Shown: in pieces, positions 59,480-64,000 of the stretch
How positions within the stretch are numbered: the first letter of the stretch is position 1
How the letters are laid out: each line of letters begins with the position of its first letter
NCBI GenBank assembly: GCA_963677485.1
Contig: OY781964.1
Location: forward strand, 1,440,001-1,504,000
Direction of reading: 5' to 3'
DNA: 64,000 nucleotides
Source of the DNA: Armatimonadota bacterium
GTDB lineage: Bacteria; Armatimonadota; HRBIN16
Translations under genes and position numbers: made by a program
Notes under the pieces: generated by a model
The model's database searches: none
Seen by the model: only the letters and a program-made list of their open reading frames with translations
Told to the model about the DNA's origin: nothing

Positions 59480-60565
59480 CTAGCTCTTCCCCCGAATCAC
59501 CTCGGCGCAGTCGCGCGCGATGGAAGGCGTGCCGCCCATCTGCTCCGCCACAACCGCGATGCGCTCGCACTCCTCTATCGCCAACTGAGCATTCAGCTTG
59601 CGGGGTTCGCCGCCGAATAGCCGCTGGATATTTCCGCGCAGGATCTTTTCGACCACCTCAGCAGGCAGCTTTAACCCATGCAGATTTCCGCTGCCGGTTT
59701 CACCAAGCAGATAGTCAGCCTCGGCGGGAATCCCATACTGGTCGTCGGTGGTCAGCCAGCGGGTCACGATGTCCGAACGAGCACCCGCACCCGGCACATC
59801 CTGATCGGCCATAATGTCGGTGCCGAACACGATGCGGTCCGCGTACTTGATGAAAAACTCCCGTGCCTCCTGGTGTTTTAGGGACATGACGGTGTACATC
59901 TCGATGCCCGGGGTGAGGTCAAAATGCACGCCAGGGTAGGTGTCGAACAGCTCAGCGGCTTCCGGAAGGTGCTTAGACATAAAGAAGAAGTGCGCGAAGA
60001 TCACCTTCAACTTCGGATGGCGCTTCAGCACGTTGGCCACCTCGGCATACACCATCTCGGGCGTGACATCGGTGGGATGGTAGCCCCAGTCGTTCGCCTT
60101 CGCCCAGTCGGGGGTGGTGTCAGGGTTCCAGAACTCGTCGGGGTCGGCCACATGCCATACCATTGGTAGTCCCAGCTCCTCGATCCGCGCGAACATGGCG
60201 TCGTAGTAGTCGCTGTCAATCGGCACATCCAGCACGCGACGCTCGGTCGGCTTTGTCTCCAGCAGCTTCATCCCGTCGGCACCAATCGCCACCATGCGGT
60301 CTACCTGCTCAACCAGCGTGGGCGTGCTGACGGTGCCGCCGCTTAGGTAGGCACTGTGATCCAGTCCGGCCCCCACGTAGCACCACTCCGGGTAACATGC
60401 TTTGGCCGCATAGCAGGCCGGGTTGTTGTTGACCTCAGACTTATTAAAGACCGAAATCACCGTCATATGCGAGGCGTTCAGCCTTTCGCGAATCGGCAAC
60501 AAGTTGGGGATATCCGCCGCGGTGATGATATGCACATGGCCATCGATGGGTTGTATATGTGTCAT
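59480..60565 (-). CDS. Amidohydrolase family protein
   Basis: IDGHVH, WHVADP, FAHF, FGTD. Confidence 0.85.
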   Translation of the reverse strand: MTHIQPIDGHVHIITAADIPNLLPIRERLNASHMTVISVFNKSEVNNNPACYAAKACYPEWCYVGAGLDHSAYLSGGTVSTPTLVEQVDRMVAIGADGMKLLETKPTERRVLDVPIDSDYYDAMFARIEELGLPMVWHVADPDEFWNPDTTPDWAKANDWGYHPTDVTPEMVYAEVANVLKRHPKLKVIFAHFFFMSKHLPEAAELFDTYPGVHFDLTPGIEMYTVMSLKHQEAREFFIKYADRIVFGTDIMADQDVPGAGARSDIVTRWLTTDDQYGIPAEADYLLGETGSGNLHGLKLPAEVVEKILRGNIQRLFGGEPRKLNAQLAIEECERIAVVAEQMGGTPSIARDCAEVIRGKS

Positions 60566-60600
60566 TGAAGACCTCCGAATTGATCGCACTCTGCTCTATT

Positions 60601-61689
60601 TTATCGCACCAGGATATCTGGCCGGGCGACTGACTGCGTGGCACACATCGGCCAGCCGGTGATGGCACTGATCACCTGCGGACCGTCGGAGGTGATGACC
60701 ACCGTGTCTTCGCTCTTGGTGCCCGCGATGGAGGGGTTCCAAGCGTAGACCTGCCCAGTCTTGACCTCCCCGGCTACCGATAAGCTTCCGCGGAATTCGC
60801 GCGCCTTATACCCGGTGGGGCCGCCCTGATGGTGATGATGCCATTCGCCTTCAAAACCCGCCTGCTTGTATGCCTCCACACCCGCTTCAAACACCGATGC
60901 GATGGGTGTACCGGCAGTGGTGTGGGTAATGAAAGCAGCGTCTACCTCCGTCACAGCATCATGCCTGCGGCGCAGCTCTACAGGTAAGGCTCCGAAATGT
61001 ACCAGCCGTGTCATGGAGACAACAAGTCCCCACTTGCGTGCGCCGGTGACCAGCATCACCAACTTCTCCAGACGCTTTTCCGAGGGGATGGGATGGCGGT
61101 ATTTGGCGATGCGTTCGTCGGAGGCGATCAAGCTGACTTGCGGCACGATTCCGTGGTTCAACAGCTCGCGGTTGAGCAGTGATGCCACCTGGTGCTCGCT
61201 CATGCCGGGTTTGACCGCCATGCAGGCGGTGTTCATGCTTTCCGCCGTCATGCGACCGAGTTGGTGGTAGCGCACGATCTCCTGCCCGCAGAGCACCATC
61301 CTGAGCGGCATGAGCTGCGGCTCCAGGCTGGGCTTGCCGAACTGCTCCATGTCGCTGCCCCAGTTAGCACTGCCTACGAATTGGTCAATGGCAGTTGGCA
61401 TTGATGCCTCCCACCAGTTCAGGCTGATCACCGGGCAGTCCAGCTCCTGCAGCTCCTCATCAAGAATGCGGGGTGCCTCGATGTTTTCGCAGATCACCGC
61501 GCAGCGGTCGGCCGTGACGACCAGATGCGCCACACCCGCTTCGGTGGCGGTGGAGACGTAGCTGCTGCCTCCACAGGTGGCCCAGGCGAAGTTTGCTTGC
61601 GAGCTGATCACCAGCCCATCCAGCTTCTGCTGCTCCAGGACGCTGCGCAGTTGAGTCAACTTTGTAGTGAATTCATGTTTGCGGCTCAT
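60601..61689 (-). CDS. M24 family (Xaa-Pro-like) metallopeptidase
   Basis: YRHP, HHQGGPTGY..RE, WNPSI.GTKSEDT. Confidence 0.85.
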   Translation of the reverse strand: MSRKHEFTTKLTQLRSVLEQQKLDGLVISSQANFAWATCGGSSYVSTATEAGVAHLVVTADRCAVICENIEAPRILDEELQELDCPVISLNWWEASMPTAIDQFVGSANWGSDMEQFGKPSLEPQLMPLRMVLCGQEIVRYHQLGRMTAESMNTACMAVKPGMSEHQVASLLNRELLNHGIVPQVSLIASDERIAKYRHPIPSEKRLEKLVMLVTGARKWGLVVSMTRLVHFGALPVELRRRHDAVTEVDAAFITHTTAGTPIASVFEAGVEAYKQAGFEGEWHHHHQGGPTGYKAREFRGSLSVAGEVKTGQVYAWNPSIAGTKSEDTVVITSDGPQVISAITGWPMCATQSVARPDILVR

Positions 61690-61802
61690 GGCATCTCCTT
61701 TTTGGCGTTACGCCAGCGTTAGTATTGGACGGATTGGGTTAATCCGTCTGAGGTGTAGTCACATCTGCGACTTCGGTTATTTGCCGGTGACTGATTCATA
61801 TG

Positions 61803-63173
61803 TTAATCACCTTCGTGAACCGCAAGGTACTTCTTGTTGGGATCATAGGTGTTCTTGCCTATCGCAACAACACGATTAGTGTTAATCAGGCGTGCGAGAT
61901 GGCGTCTTACTGAACGTGCGACAAGACCCGTGGCATTTGTCAAATCATCCATAGAGGCTCCTCCGGAACCTTGTTTCTGTAAAATACACGAGAGTATCTG
62001 CTGCTCAATCGGATCCATGGTTACCTTGCTATTACGGGTCAACGGTAACGTCACGCGGAAATGATACCCTACTTCCTCAAATATCGGAACAGGAAAGCTG
62101 CCTTGCTCACAATCAGCGTACATACGCTCAAATCCACTGCCCCATTGTTCAATCAGGTTGAGGTCTTTGAATATCCGGCCTATCACTCGGTTACGGAGTT
62201 TGGACACACCCAACCTTAGGTTCTCTATCGTCAATCCACTCACTAATAATCCCGGATTTTCGATCTCGATTCTGTCATCATAGATAGCGATACGGATGGG
62301 TGACCCAACTTGCGAGTAATCTGCATGAACAATCGCATTTGTTAAGGCTTCACGAACAGCGGCTAATGGCACGGACCAAATATCCGTACGACGGAGTTCG
62401 CCAAATACTGCAGCACGCGATGCATGTTTCTTGACAAATTCAAACGATATTTCCAGAGCCTGTGGCAGGTGTTCTCTCAAATCCTGCTGGTCAAGGATTA
62501 CTGCTTTATTGGTACCACGAAACCGCCCGCATTGAATCCAGGCATCAGGAAAATGGCGTTCACGATCCTTACCAAATAGTAGCACTCCACCCACTGTTGG
62601 TACCAATCGCCCCTGGTATCTACATACTAGATGCAGACTCTCAGGCGTAGAATCACTCCACTCCTTGAACCCGGAAAACAACCCGGACGCTACCCGGACG
62701 TCCAAACTGTCCGGGTTGATGTCCGGCATAGGCTCTTCGTCATAGGACAGGTTCAATGCAGAACGGCGCATCTCTGCAATGAGTGGTTTGTCCGCTTGCC
62801 TGTTTGTAGAGCCAACGCGCACAAGCACGCCGTTCTCTATACCGCCTGTCTTCAGCCAATGCGGCCGAAGGGCACTGGGGTATACCTCTACCGCCAGCAG
62901 AGTACGCCCCTTCCAGTTGAGCAACTCGACATTGGGCACAAGACGAGGTTCGATCAAATCCGCAATCATGCTGCAAAGACGCTCTTCTTCATCTAGCGGG
63001 TTTGCCAGACCAAGCACCGCTTTGGTGCCGTCCTCAATCCCGATCAGGATCACCCCGCCTGCCGTGTTGGCGAAGGCAGTGATCGTCTTTATGATGTTTC
63101 GTGGAGAGGAAACATCCTGCTTGAATTCGAGTGTTTTGCCCTCAGTGCGGGTTAACAGCTCCTCTACCTTCAT
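61803..63173 (-). CDS. AlbA_2 (Schlafen-like) - HATPase_c_4 - wHTH protein
   Basis: EGKTLEFK, AFANTAGG, REALTNAIVHADY, IYDDRIEIENPG, IEQWGSG. Confidence 0.88.
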   Translation of the reverse strand: MKVEELLTRTEGKTLEFKQDVSSPRNIIKTITAFANTAGGVILIGIEDGTKAVLGLANPLDEEERLCSMIADLIEPRLVPNVELLNWKGRTLLAVEVYPSALRPHWLKTGGIENGVLVRVGSTNRQADKPLIAEMRRSALNLSYDEEPMPDINPDSLDVRVASGLFSGFKEWSDSTPESLHLVCRYQGRLVPTVGGVLLFGKDRERHFPDAWIQCGRFRGTNKAVILDQQDLREHLPQALEISFEFVKKHASRAAVFGELRRTDIWSVPLAAVREALTNAIVHADYSQVGSPIRIAIYDDRIEIENPGLLVSGLTIENLRLGVSKLRNRVIGRIFKDLNLIEQWGSGFERMYADCEQGSFPVPIFEEVGYHFRVTLPLTRNSKVTMDPIEQQILSCILQKQGSGGASMDDLTNATGLVARSVRRHLARLINTNRVVAIGKNTYDPNKKYLAVHEGD

Positions 63174-63623
63174 GCAACCTCCTCAGAAATGATGATGTCT
63201 AGTTCCGATACCTCAGGCTCCAGTGAGACCGATTATGTAACGGCGGGCACCATATGTTATTGCCCCCCTTATACCATCGACATTGCCAAATGACCTCTCT
63301 GCCTCAAATCAACCCGGAAGCTACCCGGAAGTGCAGTGCTTCCGGGTTGATGTCCAACATTGCCTAGTCCTGCATCCAAGCAGACCTCATACCCGAAGCA
63401 TGAAGGCTTCATGCAACACTAATGCTCGTATCTGCAGTGAATATCACGTATTGTGTCTCCGTTATTCCAGATGCCGCGGTTTCCGGTTGACCACATTCAC
63501 ACCAGTCGGTTTTATGATCATTTATTGATGGCTCCTGTAATTCGTATTCAACGTCAGACGGGTTCGGCGCATGAGACCGATAGGTAATTCCAGCTAATAC
63601 GTCCGATGTATTGTGCGAGTTCA

Positions 63624-64000
63624 TTATCCTGGCTTGACAGCTTCTATCAGCAAGGTGTGCGGCACTTCAAAGTCATTCTCTTCTTCGTTCGCAAGACATA
63701 CGTTAAATATGTCGGGATAGTTGGTTTCGGTCATCGGACAGCACAGCCGAATGTTGGTAAACCCAACATCCGTCATGAGTTCTTCAAGGAATGAATATGT
63801 CAGAATGGTTAAGTGTTCTTGTCGGCAAAAGATGAAGTTCTCGAATCGTCCGCCGATACTGGTTCGATTATCTGGAAAGTCGCGAAACCACTTTGCATCA
63901 TTTTCAACAAATTTCTTGATGGCGGAATCGCCGTTAGGGCCACCCACACGGTATACCCCTCCGAGCTTCAGGCAGCGTAACACTTCCTCAAAGTGAGCTT
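63624..64000 (-). CDS. C-terminal part of a probable class I SAM methyltransferase (truncated by the window end)
   Basis: RCLKLGGVYRV..P, H...Y..L..L...GF, TLLIEAVK. Confidence 0.55.
   Translation of the reverse strand, partial: AHFEEVLRCLKLGGVYRVGGPNGDSAIKKFVENDAKWFRDFPDNRTSIGGRFENFIFCRQEHLTILTYSFLEELMTDVGFTNIRLCCPMTETNYPDIFNVCLANEEENDFEVPHTLLIEAVKPG

Overview
Bacterial chromosomal window. The [32 protein letters not shown] / H-X9-DG prepilin-like genes suggest an Armatimonadota-like or PVC-like host (inference). The left ~27 kb is host DNA: three tandem DUF1559-type prepilin-like paralogs, GH51/GH31/GH39-like glycosidases, a complete group II intron (7090-8937) inserted into a REP-like repeat, sodA, rny-ymdB, a low-GC accessory patch, and a translationally coupled pair of long RelA/SpoT homologs. 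The two homologs have reciprocally degenerate catalytic motifs: one looks synthetase-only, the other hydrolase-only. A ~31 kb HK97-like siphoviral prophage (candidate 13-bp att core at 27155-27167 and 58117-58129) sits in the probable promoter of this operon. The prophage is unusually permuted (rep at one end, xis-int at the other) and has a frameshifted excisionase, an atypical repressor, a shuffled LRR-like repeat protein next to the capsid gene, lysis genes interleaved in the head-tail module, and at least 10 arrays of AGGAG-NN heptamers at gene junctions, several forming long hairpins. The right end is host metabolic genes plus an AlbA_2/HATPase gene. All product calls come from motif recognition by eye; no searches were run.
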